A stretch of DNA of 63,727 nucleotides, counting the filler, from Octopus bimaculoides (taxonomy: Eukaryota): the NCBI RefSeq assembly GCF_001194135.2. It is 7 parts of 7 records of this genome, joined end to end, with 100 filler letters (N's around TTAATTAATTAA, not from the genome) between each part and the next. Parts side by side here need not be neighbours in the genome. Positions count along the whole stretch, not along the records: positions 1 to 31,312 come from NC_068981.1; 6 more parts are not named here. One strand, 5' to 3'. Position 1 is the first letter of the stretch; each line of letters starts with the position of its first letter. The position numbers and the translations under genes are program-made. The notes under the pieces were generated by a model. That model was not told the DNA's origin. It searched no databases and saw nothing but the letters and a program-made list of their open reading frames with translations. Shown piece after piece: positions 1 to 13,500 of this stretch.

Positions 1-195
1 AGTGTATATTTATGTGTCTGTGTTTGTCCCCCACCATCGCTTGACAACCGGCCCCCGTAACCTAGCGGTTCGGTAAAAAAGACGGATAGAATAAGTACTA
101 AGCTTTCAAAGAATAAGTGCTAGGATCGAGTTGTTCCACTAAAGGCGGTGCTCCAGCATGGCAGCAGTCAAATGACTGAAACAAGTAAAAGAATA
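1..195 (+). mobile_element. 3' part of tRNA-derived SINE, family A (most abundant SINE in the window)
   Basis: Closely matches the 3' halves of copies at 61856-62166 and 40203-40400 (e.g. AAGGCGGTGCTCCAGCATGG...AGTCAAATGACTGAAACAAGTAAAAGA). Confidence 0.85.
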
Positions 196-732
196 TATAG
201 GGCTGCGTGTGTGTTTCTCTGTCAACGAATCCGCATCTCATCAAATGAGAGTAAAACAGCGAAAGATGCAGAGGAGGCTGGAGTTTTGGTTTGAAATATT
301 ACCGAAGGGCAGCATTGGAGCTACAGGAACACCTATGCCTCCACACACACACACACACACACACGTTTGCTTATGTAGGGATCAACTATTTATTTCACGA
401 GCACGCATGTATCCATCTCTATGCTTCATGAATGCGCATGGCTACTGCATGTGTGTGAGACGGGATACGTGTGTATGCACATACATACATACATACATAC
501 ATACGTAGGTGGGTAGGTAGGTAGTCTTACGCGTGTACGGTTGATGTTTGTGTTACATTCGGTTTACAACAGCCTTAGACTTACATTAAACATTCCACCC
601 TAATCTGTTGTTAAACCCTTGCACAGACTAAACTAAACATTTACCGCCATTAATTCCACTTTACTCCGACGTCACGTTCTTCCACTCGGGCATTTTCTTT
701 CATTTACCCTCTCCCCATCCACTCACACCATG

Positions 733-770
<38 letters not shown>

Positions 771-840
771 TGTACGTTCTTCTGTGTGTACATTATACTG
801 TTTATACACACACGCTTCAAAGATTTATTAGTCTGTTTTG

Positions 841-960
<120 letters not shown>

Positions 961-1524
961 TACATATATATATAATATACACACACGTGTATGTGTATGC
1001 GCGCGCACGTACTATCACATTTAAATTCATAGCTTTGTATGCAAGTATTCTTCCAACGATGTTATGTAATCATCGCCATTGCAGTCAGCATCATCATCAT
1101 CATTTCGTCGAAAGGTATATTCATGCACACACACACACACACAACTATTCGCAGACACACCAGGAAAAAGACTTAATTATGGAGAAACTGTCGGCGTGGA
1201 TCATAATACGTGCACGTGTGCATGTGCGTGTACACACACAGACATCACGTATATCTAAATATATATATGTATGGAAGTGAGAGAGAGAGAGAGAGAGAGA
1301 AAGAGAGGCATTTTAAAGCTGACACGCACACACACACATATACAAACTTAGAATGCAATGGACACCTAAGAGATTTCTATTTCATCAACGAGGCACAATT
1401 AAGTTAAAGCTCTCCAGTTGTATGCTAATTACAAATTGATTACAGCCGAGAGGACGTGCATATTGCAGTGTGTATATGCTAGAGTAAGCACGTAACTAGT
1501 CGCTATGTCAGACAGACAGTATGG

Positions 1525-1563
<39 letters not shown>

Positions 1564-2531
1564 TCTCACTGGGAAGGCCAATGAAATATTCTTATAAATG
1601 ATTTGAGTTACGTAATAACAAACCTAATGGACTGTAACTACCAGTCTCACACAGTCCATTTATTTGGCTACGTGTATTTACTCAGGGGTATAGGGCATAC
1701 AGATGCTTGAAACAATGATGGCAATTGTATATTTATTGTTCGTTATGGTGGCAAACTGGTGTTATATTTTCAAAAGTTTATCAAACACTGTCCTGTTTAG
1801 TGTCCCAATTCCCTCTTCGTTTGGTTTGACCGTTCAAACATTCATCTATGTGACAATCCTTATGAAAGATCGATAACTGAACCATATCTACCTGGCTTAA
1901 ACATTACCAAGTGACCAATTTGCAAAGATTCTGTCGACGTAATTTCCTCGAATTTCCTCAGTTCATTCTATCAGTATTCTTCGCCAAATGTGAACTCCAG
2001 CAACTCATTAACAACTGATCCATAGAACTAATTAACACTAATTGACTTTCCAAGTTGATGCCATCCACTAAATGAACATAGCGCACACACACAGAGGCAC
2101 ACGCACGCACAGATGATATTCTTCCACTGTTACCCATTCTAGCTGCCCATGTTGTTGTCTGTTAAAACGCAGGAATTCTCTACTGGTGTCAATATTCTGA
2201 AGCAATATAAAAATAACACATCCGGACCTGTAAACTTAGAGACACGAACATATGTACACCGCATGGCTAAAGGGTCACATGTACTTCTCGCATCCAATCG
2301 TAGTGGTTACTGTCTCGCGTTTTTTCATTCCTGCTAACATCCACAAGGAAATACTTAATGAAATAAACCATAAAAATAAAAAATAAGAACATAGAAAAAA
2401 TACACATGTGGACATGTAATCTATAGATTCCTAGGTTTCGTTGGGGATTTTGCATGTAGAAGTTAGTTGGTACTTTTGGTAAGCACCGCCCACTTGTAGA
2501 ATAGATGGAATAGATGGCGTTAGGAGAGAGA

Positions 2532-2577
<46 letters not shown>

Positions 2578-2623
2578 GACAGACAGAGAGGGAGAAAGAG
2601 AGAGAGAAAGAGAGGGAGAAAGA

Positions 2624-2664
<41 letters not shown>

Positions 2665-2705
2665 GGAGAGTTAGACAGACAGAGACACACAGACAGAGAG
2701 AGAGT

Positions 2706-2747
<42 letters not shown>

Positions 2748-3159
2748 CACATCGATAGAGTGAGAGACACGGATGGACAGGCTTTAGAAAGGTGTCCATG
2801 TTAGCCATTGTAGTTCAAATCTGAAATAGTATAATCAAACAGTGCAAAAACAGCGCGGAACAATTAGACGGTTACTCGACCTGCTAGAAATAATAGGTCA
2901 TTACTTTAAATAGGGAAGGATATATTAATCAATGGAGTCGTGGATATACAAACATATGGGAGGGTCACGGATGAAGAACATCGATTTTTGTGTGTGACGC
3001 CCCCCCCTATTTTTACTAATTTATATATACTATGAATCATTTGATATTTAATATAATATTATATAATTTCTATACAATACTATAATAATATTATAATAAA
3101 TTTATAGCGTCCCCTAATCCACTGCCTTCCTCTCAACGCCTCCGTTTTCTCTACCACCC

Positions 3160-3240
3160 CAGCCCCCTTAGGCAGTAGCGCCCTACTGGACCGTCTCAAC
3201 ACCATCGAGGGGCGGTAGCGCCCACTTTGAGAACCTATGG
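3160..3240. mobile_element. Possible hAT (Charlie-like) MITE terminus
   Basis: CCCACTTTGAGAACC resembles the reverse complement of the hAT-type CAGTGGTTCTCAAAGTGG terminal motif; partner TIR not found. Confidence 0.35.
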
Positions 3241-4496
3241 TGTAGTATAATGGTACTTCTGTAATGTGTGTGTGTGTGCTTGTACATTTCTTTTAAATGG
3301 TCATTACGATTCTTGTACGATAAGATGTAATATATTTATTATAGGTAAACCACGATATGGCATCGTTTAAGAATTTATTCAAGCAGAGAAATTAGTGGAT
3401 AGTTTGGTCACATGACCGATTCCAGTAGGAATAGTTTGTAATGTGTAGAATATCACTTATTTTTAGGTCGCTGACTTTACAGTATTTTACCATCTTTAAA
3501 TGGCTACAACTTAACGTTTGGAAGTTCAAACGTTTGAAACAAAAAAGAAAAAAACGCACAAAGGTGTTCTATAATGTCTTTTTTAACAAGTTTGCAGAGA
3601 AAATGAGATTCACACACACACACTGGTCATGAACTTCGCCAAGAAAATACAGGATAAAGACAACGTAGATCTGTATGTACAATTTTGAAATCTACATCAA
3701 GGTTTAATATTCTGTATGCCTGCCCATGTTGCCATGGACACACGGACATACACACACACACCCCTCAATATATTAGATATAGGCGTATGTGTGATAACAA
3801 TCCAATTTCATCGTCAACAAGCAGCAGTTTCATTGGGAATATAAGAATCATATTCTATTGAAATAACAGTAATGAAACATGTTGATATATGAGAACGTTC
3901 ACTTTATCTTCCAAACTCATCTGGTCCCCAGAAGGGGATTCGTTTTCACTCAATTCAAGTGTAATATCTACGCATTCAGAAAAGAAGCGTATATGTGGCT
4001 GTATATGTACACTCTTTACATACTCTGTCGATATGTATGCACGTGAATCTGTTGTAACATATTATGTGCATTCATAAACTCATTCTATACGGAGTACAAA
4101 ATAACCATCTATATATATCTATATATACATACATTATATATATATATATATATATAATGCATGTATGTATACATACCCTGACGTGCACAAATATATACAC
4201 TTCTCTGAGTGTTACTCGAATACGTATATAAACCATCAATACTTATAATGAACTATTCCACACACACACGAATATTTTTACATAACCAATTACACACCGG
4301 TTGTTAAAAATTACGCACACACGCGTGCGCGCGCGCAGTCAGCAATCCTGCAAGAAATAGCAGTTGAAGTTCAATCAAATGCCATTATCCCAGTTTAAAA
4401 ACGGCGGTCCCATCGGGGAAGGTAGTCCTATATTCAGCAAACACAAAAATAAGGAAAGATGATATCGGTTAAAGCAAATTGGTTACAGTTCTGCTA

Positions 4497-4555
4497 GGCC
4501 AAAGTAGACCTGTGGCCAAAGTAGACCTGTGGCCAAAGTAAACCTGTGGCCAAAC
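4497..4555. repeat. 17-bp tandem repeat GGCCAAAGTAGACCTGT x3.5
   Basis: Units start at 4497, 4514, 4531 and 4548 (partial). Confidence 0.9.
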
Positions 4556-4866
4556 AAAAACGGCAATGAATGCACGAAGCAGTTCGTTAGTGTAAAATGT
4601 GGAATGGCAGCTAAAGAGAAAGTTGGGCGGAGGCAGAATAAGAAACTAACAAGTTGAAAAGATGGCCGCACGACTGAGGAGAGTCTGAGCGGAAGTGTTA
4701 TGTAATATTAATAATAAATATGATTTACGATAAGTTATTATATATTTTACGGCCATTTTTGGCGTTTCAGAGCAAAAGAGGACTGAAATAGAGAATATAA
4801 AGAGAAATCAAAAGCTATACACACACACACACAGACACACGTATATATAAACACAAAGTGAGATTT

Positions 4867-4909
<43 letters not shown>

Positions 4910-5047
4910 AACACAAAGTGACATTTATGCACACACACACACACACACACAAAAGATATATATATATATATATATATATATAAGCATATTACTCACATAC
5001 AAGCTAGTACAGTTGTAAACACAACTTCGAGCATATCCAAGCCAACA

Positions 5048-5092
<45 letters not shown>

Positions 5093-5175
5093 ACTTGCAC
5101 TTTCTTAGACAAGATATACACACATAACAAACTCGAAAACATGTCTTCTTGGTGGAAAAATATATATATTATTTT

Positions 5176-5216
<41 letters not shown>

Positions 5217-5528
5217 AATATTTTCTCATTCACCACACTGAACGCCCATCTTACGATCCTCTCTCTCTCTCTCTCTCTCTCATTTCTTTAACATCAGATG
5301 AAGTGATGATGAGAAATATAAGTGAGACATTTCACGGCTGCTCTAGGGAAATAAGTCTGCTGAAAGGCAAAGGAAGTTACCAAATATGGCATTTCTTCAC
5401 TTATTCAGTAAACTGTTGCTTGCATAAAAAAAGAAATGGCTGAGATCATATCCAGATATGAGCGAAAACAACTTTTATTTTAATGTAAATTCGAGAAATG
5501 TATACACACACACACACACATCACAAAT

Positions 5529-5577
<49 letters not shown>

Positions 5578-5812
5578 CACGCGCGGAAATATTGGCTTTT
5601 CTGTCAAGTTATATAAAAAATCAATTTAATATTTAACTCATGGATAACTAAGTACACTTTTAGCAAAATACATATTTGTTAAACTTTGACAAGCATAGTT
5701 TGACAGTAACTTCGAAATGCTCGCTTTCGTCAGGCAGCATATTTCTCTGTCATATATTTTTCGATTGTCCTACTTGTTTCATTTATTTGACTGAGACTTT
5801 ACTGGAGCACCG

Positions 5813-5858
<46 letters not shown>

Positions 5859-6377
5859 GACATAAATCGATAGCGAGATGTTTGCATAGTCGTACAATAA
5901 ACATACACGCACATAAATGTATATACAAATACACGTGTTTTTCTGTATAAATATGGATACAGCGAGTGATAAAGATCCACACGTATATATATATATATAT
6001 ATATAACAATACAAATGATATATGAGCATATGCATCTATACATACATATATGTACATACCTACATCTACATGTATATATAGATGCATATCCCGGTACAGA
6101 ACGTCAGAAAAGGAACGGGAACATAAAACACAAAAACGGACTTTTTTACGGACAACAGAATGAACACAGAGGAACAAAGACGAGCCACTTATGGAACTTT
6201 TTCCTTCATCAGCTGCCTCTATTCCAAACTAGGCGTTTCGAAGATGAGGCNNNNNNNNNNNNNNNNNNNNNNNNNNNNNNNNNNNNNNNNNNNNNNNNNN
6301 NNNNNNNNNNNNNNNNNNNATTCTTTTAAAATACTTTTCATTTAATTTTTCCAAAATTTAATTGTTTCCCACACTTA

Positions 6378-6413
6378 CAGTTGAAAAAGTCTCAATGACC
6401 GAAACCGGTACTG
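6378..6413 (+). ncRNA. Degenerate minimal type I hammerhead ribozyme motif
   Basis: CAG-TTGAAAA-AGTC-TCAAT-GACC-GAAAC-CG-GTA-CTG: stem I CAG/CTG, stem II, GAAAC, palindromic ACCGGT helix III, GUA site. The core deviates from CUGANGA at 2 positions. Confidence 0.5.
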
Positions 6414-8691
6414 AAATGGTTATAAAATCATTTTTGCATTTTCTGCCTTGACTTTTTTTTCAATAGATATGTTTGCATACACACACACAAAAACACATAC
6501 TTGAGTGTGTTTGCGTATACATGTACATATAATGAAATCAATACAAGTTAGGTTATGTAAGGTGTTCCTAACACCCCGAATAAGATATACACTTTATAAA
6601 CAGTCGTACCCTCTGGAAACAATTTTCGCTTTCAGAAACGGTTTCTAAGTGCCGAATAGAAATTGGTTTTGGCTTTTCTCTGTTTCTATAGAGCATGACG
6701 ATTCGCGCTGCATCGAAACAACCAATATACGGCTTAGAAACCGTTTACAGTCCACCGATGAAGACATCTTCAGCTTCATATTTAATGCCAGAGAAAAGAA
6801 ACACCAGTTTTCTTCGAAGGTCTCAGAATGAACAGTAAATATTAATTTTAACTTGTATATAATTAAATTTCTGTTTTGAGTGCCTCTTCGTTTTAACTAA
6901 TTAATATCTCTACGTTTAATGATTAATTGTCATCTAGTCTTCCCTTGCTTTGCACAATAAAATAATTCCCAGTTATAACTGAGAATTATATACGTGTGTT
7001 CATGAGTACGTACGTGTGTGAGGTTTTCCGTTCCTGTTAATGGAGCGTTAATAAGTTGCTTCCTTAATTAATCCACGACATTTCAATTATAATTAAAACA
7101 ATTACAGACATATCGCAAAACCTCTTTACATTGTCTCCAATTTCATTCTGACATAGAACTGGTTTGTTTTGAATTGCTTTTCGTTGTGTGTTCACAAACT
7201 AACATTGAATCAATTACACACGCGTTTCCCTGTTATCTTTGATTAACGAGGGAATATCTATTGTTATCCAGAGGCAGGAGGGATATAACTTGCTTTCTTC
7301 ATTTTGTCTAACGATGACCTAATATATCCATCGTCAGGTATTCATTGTCATCACCTTAATCACTGCGCATGCTCCCGTATTTTTAGCAACTGTCAACACA
7401 AAATTACACTTGGTTTACGCAAAAATAGTGTTCTTGTTATCGTGTAATCCGTGACTCAGGAGTCCTTTGATCAGAAGCCTTCCAGCCATGACCTATCTGT
7501 CTTTTGTTTTCATTTCAGAGTGTACACAGGATCCCATTATATAAAATGGCACAGACAACGCCTGATCGAGAAGGATTGGAATGATTGGGTGTAGCATTTA
7601 CGACGCGGATATTCTGACTCGACTGACTTCATATTCAGCTTAATTTGGCGACATTGTTTTTCGGCACTTGAAGTACGCGCGTACAGAAATGTAGGAATAC
7701 AGAGAGAGGGAGAGAGGGAGAGTGAAAGAGAGAAAGATTACAACATATTAATCGTATATGATTGACATAACGACTTTCCAACTCCGCATACATACAAAAA
7801 GAAATATGCTCACATACATGGATGAGGGGAGGCGAGGAGATAAGGAGAGAAACATTAAAACGTCTCACGTCAAATAAGTCAGCGTCGAATCAGCGACGCC
7901 AAATGAGCGGCGCCGAAATGACTATGCCGAAATGTCTCCTACCAGCATGCAGATGCAACAAGAGGGCTACGTGGAAATCTGTTTAATTGATGGTTAGCAG
8001 ATGACCGAACTAAAAGTGACACATAACAGATAAGAGCTCGTCCAGTTCGATTGTGATATGGAACAACAAACCGGGGAATATCAGATCTGGAGAGATGCAC
8101 CCTCTGGTGTACGAACCCATTAATTCTTCCGACCTTCGAAAGAAATGTGTTCAGACTTTATAAGAATAGAATTAGAAGTGGTGGGGACATGCACATCACG
8201 AAGATATATAATAACTATTGCCGTCCTCCATATCACGAAGATCTAACAGGCGATGTAACCCGCGGACCTCAGCAAGAAAGCACAACAATGGGGCCGTAAC
8301 ATACACACGCCAAGACCAAAGATATTTAGTGCCGTGACTTGCAGGAAAGGAACAGCTCTTGGAGATATTTTCTTCCTTTTTTCTTTATTTTTTTGTTAAT
8401 AATTAACAGGAGGACAGACATACTGAGGGAGAAATTAGTAGAGCAGATTGGGATCGAAACTGGATGGCAAATTAGCAGCACGACCATGAGATTAGTCTGA
8501 CTTCACAGTGTGTGTGTGTGTGTAAGGGGAGGGTGTGTGTGCGTGTGTGTAAGGGGAGGGTGTTCTTGTAACAGGGGGGAAATATATATGTGTCAACACA
8601 AATGAAAATTCAGAACAGACGACAAATCAGGAAATATATATACACACACACATATATATACATACACACATATACACATGCATGCATGAAT

Positions 8692-8724
<33 letters not shown>

Positions 8725-9552
8725 TACATACATAAGTGCAGAAGTGTGTATATCACTTAAAGAATGTTGATTAAAATTGACAGTTTTTTTTCTTTTTTGT
8801 TGCAGTGTCTCACTTGACAGCAAAATTAACCGTGCTTCTTCTGGTGCCAACATTTAATAACAAAACGATGCCTAAACACAGAGTGTGTGTGGGCGGGGGG
8901 GGGGCTAAGAATTTGGGCGGAGTCTAATAAATCTGTTAACAAGATGTACACTATATATACAGTTTACTGGGCCGTTAGTTTTGTTTTAAACTATATATAT
9001 GCCTGTAGACACACACACACATTTGTAAATGCGTTTGTGTGTTACATAAGTTCATGCTACACATGTATGGCAAAAAACATGTTTCCATTGTTTGTTGTAA
9101 TCGAGTTAGGTAACGTCTGTGTGTGTGTGTGTCTGTGTGTGTGTGTCTGTGTGTGTGTGTCTGTGTGTGTGTGTGTGTGTGTGTGCAAGGATAGTTTATC
9201 AACGTTTTTGGTACAACAACGGCGACGACTATGACAATGATGATGCTCGTGGTGGTGGAGATAATATGAGGAGGGCAAAAGATTAAATCAAATTAGAATT
9301 AAGGAGAGAAGAGATGTGGAGAAGGACATCTCTCATCCTCAAATATCTGCTTGACGATCACTGATGACGAGCATTTACATCATCAACAAAGTCATCATGC
9401 ATGCAACAGTATTCCCCTTGACGACGACGACGACGACTATGATGATAATGATGATGATGATGACTTTTACACTGTTTTTCGTGAAAAAGTTTTATTTTTT
9501 TTAAAATTTACTAAACAATGATTGTCTCTTAGTTGAATGGTAAGAACATCCT

Positions 9553-9637
9553 TATTTACATTATTTACATATACCCTCCAGCCTTCATCAGGTGTCTTGG
9601 GGAAGTTTCGAACCTGGGTTCTTAAGGTATTTTTCGA

Positions 9638-9680
<43 letters not shown>

Positions 9681-9705
9681 ATTATTATTCAGGTCACGGC
9701 CTGGA
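9553..9705 (-). mobile_element. Inverted, internally deleted partial copy of the tRNA-head/hammerhead element, fused head-to-head with the forward copy
   Basis: Reverse complement of about 9742-9861 joined directly to the reverse complement of the GTAAATAATGTAAATAA tail (about 9917-9933). Confidence 0.85.
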
Positions 9706-9956
9706 GCGCGGGCTACTAACCCCAAGATTCTGAGTTAGATTCCAGGCAGTGACCTGAATAATAATATTAATAATAATAATAATAACATCGAAAAATACCT
9801 TAAGAATGAGAACCCAGGTTCGAAATTTCCCCGAGACACCTGATGAAGGCTGGAAGGTATATCAGCCGAAACGTTGTGTCAACAACAAACAAGATGAGGA
9901 CAAATATCCGTCAAATGTAAATAATGTAAATAATTCCTCATCTCTTAAATATAGAA
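9706..9956 (+). mobile_element. tRNA-headed SINE-like element containing a hammerhead ribozyme (family H), 5'-truncated
   Basis: Shares head GGGCTACTAACCCCAAGATTCTGA and tail GTAAATAATGTA[AC]ATAATTCCTCATCTCTTAAATATAGAA with 62438-62739; B-box-like GTTAGATTCC at about 9733-9742. Confidence 0.8.
9835..9880 (+). ncRNA. Minimal type I hammerhead ribozyme (no helix III loop; dimer-type)
   Basis: GACAC-CTGATGA-A-GGCTGG-AAGGTATA-TCAGCC-GAAAC-GTT-GTGTC: 5-bp stem I, intact CUGAUGA and GAAA cores, 6-bp stem II, palindromic AACGTT, GUU cleavage triplet. Confidence 0.8.
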
Positions 9957-11725
9957 CTGTAAGAACGTCCGACAAACTGTGTTAGTCAGTGATCTTTATG
10001 TTCTGGGTTCAAATTCTGCTGAACTAAACTTTACTTTTCGTCCATCCGGGATCGATTAAAATAAAGTATCAATCAAGGACTGATATTAATGTCTTCGATT
10101 ACACATTCTCCAGAACTTCGTAAACTTGTATCGAGCTTTAGAAATCAGGAGTTACTTCTCCCATAAGACCTAAACTAGAAACTTTGGAAGGTCACTTGCG
10201 GACACAGTTGATTATATGAACCTCAGTATTTCACTGGTATTTTATTATATTAACACGGATATAATAATAGAAATATTTGATACGGGCGTGTTTGGAACAA
10301 ACAAAACAAATAGACGAAGTGAAATAATGCCAGACTCTTGTCCTTTGTCTTAGAGAACCTATAAAAGTCTTTTATATTGACGATTACAAAAGCAACGTAA
10401 CTAGTTCCACGTGGTTTTCGCAAAAATTATACACAAAACACGAATAAAACCAAACAACAAGCAATGTTTATAATGATATAAAATGCTGCAGTTTCGCTCT
10501 AAGTCATTCCGTCATTCATTGTTCCGATACAGTGTACCTCGGAGTACATAGCGCACTGTGTTATCCTATTATTCAATGCAAACAAGATATGATAAAGTCT
10601 CGGCTGCCGTTTCGAACAGGTCGAGAGATCAGAAAAAGACTTCCTCATTAAGTAAAACTCTAAATAAAGCTACGACCTTGGCCCTAACATAATATTCGTA
10701 TTATTCATTAGAACAATAGAAATATCTAAACATCTCCAACTAAACCACACTGAACTAAGTCTATTTCGTTTTCACTACATTACACAACAATAATTGAAAC
10801 CTCTGCTGCTGCTGCTAGCTTGTTCTGTATTGTCTTAGAGTCTTTAAGTTAAAACACAAACAAACGTGTGTTCTTTCTCAAGGCTATCCAAATACAATGT
10901 TCCAGGAGAACTGTTTACCACAAGAATAACACTGATAATGCAATTAATGTCTCCTATAAATGTATGTAATGCACACACGCAAACACACACACACACACAC
11001 ACACACTCGCTCTCTCTCTCTCTCTCTCTCTCTTGTATGAACTAATTAGTTGCTTATAAGAGGATATCTATTGTGCAAAATGATTCCTTTAACTCTCAAC
11101 CTCTAATCCCAAACGCATTTTCACACGTAAGGTGTGTATGTGTTTGTCTAAATGAATATCTGTATNNNNNNNNNNNNNNNNNNNNNNNNNNNNNNNNNNN
11201 NNNNNNNNNNNNNNNNNNNNNNNNNNNNNNNNNNNNNNNNNNNNNNNNNNNNNNNNNNNNNNNNNNNNNNNNNNNNNNNNNNNNNNNNNNNNNNNNNNNN
11301 NNNNNNNNNNNNNNNNNNNNNNNATATATGTATATATATATATATATAGAATGTGTATGTGTGACTGTGTGCATCTGTAGACACTTATAGATATGTCAGT
11401 GTGAAAAGAACTAAAAACGAAAACCATTGTCCGTTTCTGAATGTCCTCCACCCCATCTGTTGCCACAAAAATGGCTGTTGTTATTTCCAATTCTGTAATA
11501 TTGGTATATAATTCTTTGATAATTCCCCTTCAACCAAAATATAGTTCCAGTACACTTGATTCTTTACACAAACATTGCTGCCATATTTTCTACTCCGTCC
11601 ACTCAAATTAACTCTAATGATTTTTAATTACATCATTAAAAATATTATTGGTATTACTAACGAAACCAAGCTGTTACCAATACTGTAACAATAATTGTAA
11701 CTTTTAACATAATGCCTTCGTCGAA

Positions 11726-11935
11726 GTGGCGGCGAGGTGACAGAATCGTTAGCATGCCGGTCAAAATGCTGAGTGGCATTTCCTCCGCCTTAACATTTCA
11801 AGTTCTACCGAGGTCGACTTTGACTTTTTTTGTGGGTCGATAAAATAAGTACCGGGTGAGAACTGGAGTGGGTGCCATCGACTTACGCCCTCCTTCCAAA
11901 ATTTCTGGCCTTGTGCTAAAATGTGAAACCATTAT
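11726..11935 (+). mobile_element. tRNA-derived SINE, family M (central ...GGGTCGATAAAATAAGTACC domain, Meta-SINE-like from memory)
   Basis: Homologous to copies at 13275, 22015, 61400 and 62785. Confidence 0.8.
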
Positions 11936-13274
11936 TACGGTTGCCGTTCTCTGATTTGAAAACAAGTGGAAACTCTTGGAGTATGAAACGGTTATTCTTT
12001 AGCCACTTCACTTCAGTCGTTTACACGTTGTTAGGAAAGGCATGAAGACCATTACATCGCATTTTCTTGTGTAAATGAAGAGCTTTTTTACCTAATCGAA
12101 ATCAATCCATGTTATTCTTGTCGTTCTCAACGTTCCACCAGTCAAATTACCATTTCTCACCCCACCACCACCACCACTGCCACCCTTAAAACTACCATTT
12201 CAATGGCAGTCATTTATTTATTTATCTTTTTTTCTTTTGTCTTGTTTTACGTTAGTCCCCTATTTAAAAATAATAACCGATGCTATTTTCTTTCTTTTAG
12301 TCTGAAATTCTATTATTTTTTTAAAATAACACTCTTCCCCTTTCTTTTCATTAGAAATTCTCTATAATGGTAAAATCATGTCATTTGAGGATAAAGGCTA
12401 AATTTGGCAAACCTCAAGGGCTGGAAATGAGGGGGTGGGTGGGGTCTAAATAAATATCAATGAAATAAATTTTCTAAACAAGCATAAAACAATTAATCTC
12501 AATATTCAGAGATGGTGATTCCTTGTTAGTCGGCTTAAGGAAGCACAACATCTAACCAACACTTTTCCGAAGTAGGTTTTCGTTTTTTTTTTTAATATAG
12601 GAATCACATTTTTTTAAAGCTAAAACCACCGGAGTTTTTTTGTCTTTTTCGAATCATGCCCCACGTCAGCATCCATACATCACCCCAGCCCCTGTCACGA
12701 AATTAATTTCTATTATTTTTCTTTACTGCCTCTTCATTAATGATCCCCTCATCTCTTTATCTTCATTATCCAGCCTTTCGTTATTGCATCAACAAAACTT
12801 CAGCATCTACACTACCCATCCCCCGCCACCTCCTCCTCCTTCTACTCGGTCCTTCCATGTCAAAGATTTAAACCCGCTTGCTCTGTGGTTGGAGTTACAT
12901 TTTAAACAAATAAGGGCGAAACCATCCGAACGTGTCGAAACTGGAGTCGAATAAAAACTAAATTTCAAGACAAACATATGCAGCAGCGATAACATTCTTG
13001 GAAATGACTCCAAGAGATCTTCTATTCCCCACACAATTGCCATCACGTGATTCCATTGACTTCCTCCATTACTCAAAAATAAACATTATGCATTATTAAT
13101 AAGAGCTTTCTCTTTTTTTTTAAGACTATGGTTTCCGTTTCGTTTTGCAATTTCTCCGCTATTTCCATTCCTTGTTTGTGGTTTAATTGCTTAAAGCTAC
13201 ATTTTTATTTGGATTCCTGACGAAGAATAATTGAAATGGTACAACGATTGAAGAAGGGGTTGTTATCATTAGTC

Positions 13275-13500
13275 CCGCTGGCAGAATCGTTTGCACGCCG
13301 AGATAAATGCTTAGCGGTATTTCGTCTGTCGTTACGTTCCGAGTTCAAATTGCACCGACGTCGAATTTGCCTTTCATCCTTTCGGGGTCGATTAAATAAG
13401 TACCAGTCACGCATTAAGGTCGATGTAATCGTCTTGACCGCCCCCGCCCCCACAAATTTGAGGCTTTTTGCTTCCAGTAGAAAGGTTTATTATTATTGGG
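13275..13500 (+). mobile_element. SINE family M
   Basis: GCTGGCAGAATCGTT...GAGTTCAAAT...CTTTCATCCTTTCGGGGTCGATTAAATAAGTACCAGT, ending in a short ATT tail. Confidence 0.85.

Noticed and set aside
6181-6250. Minus-strand GAAACGCCTA ... CTGATGA resembling hammerhead cores
   Set aside because: Stems do not pair in any hammerhead topology I could draw, and the rest lies in a gap.
13210-13250. CTGACGA...GAAAT...GTA motif
   Set aside because: Stem II is weak and there is no stem I complement.
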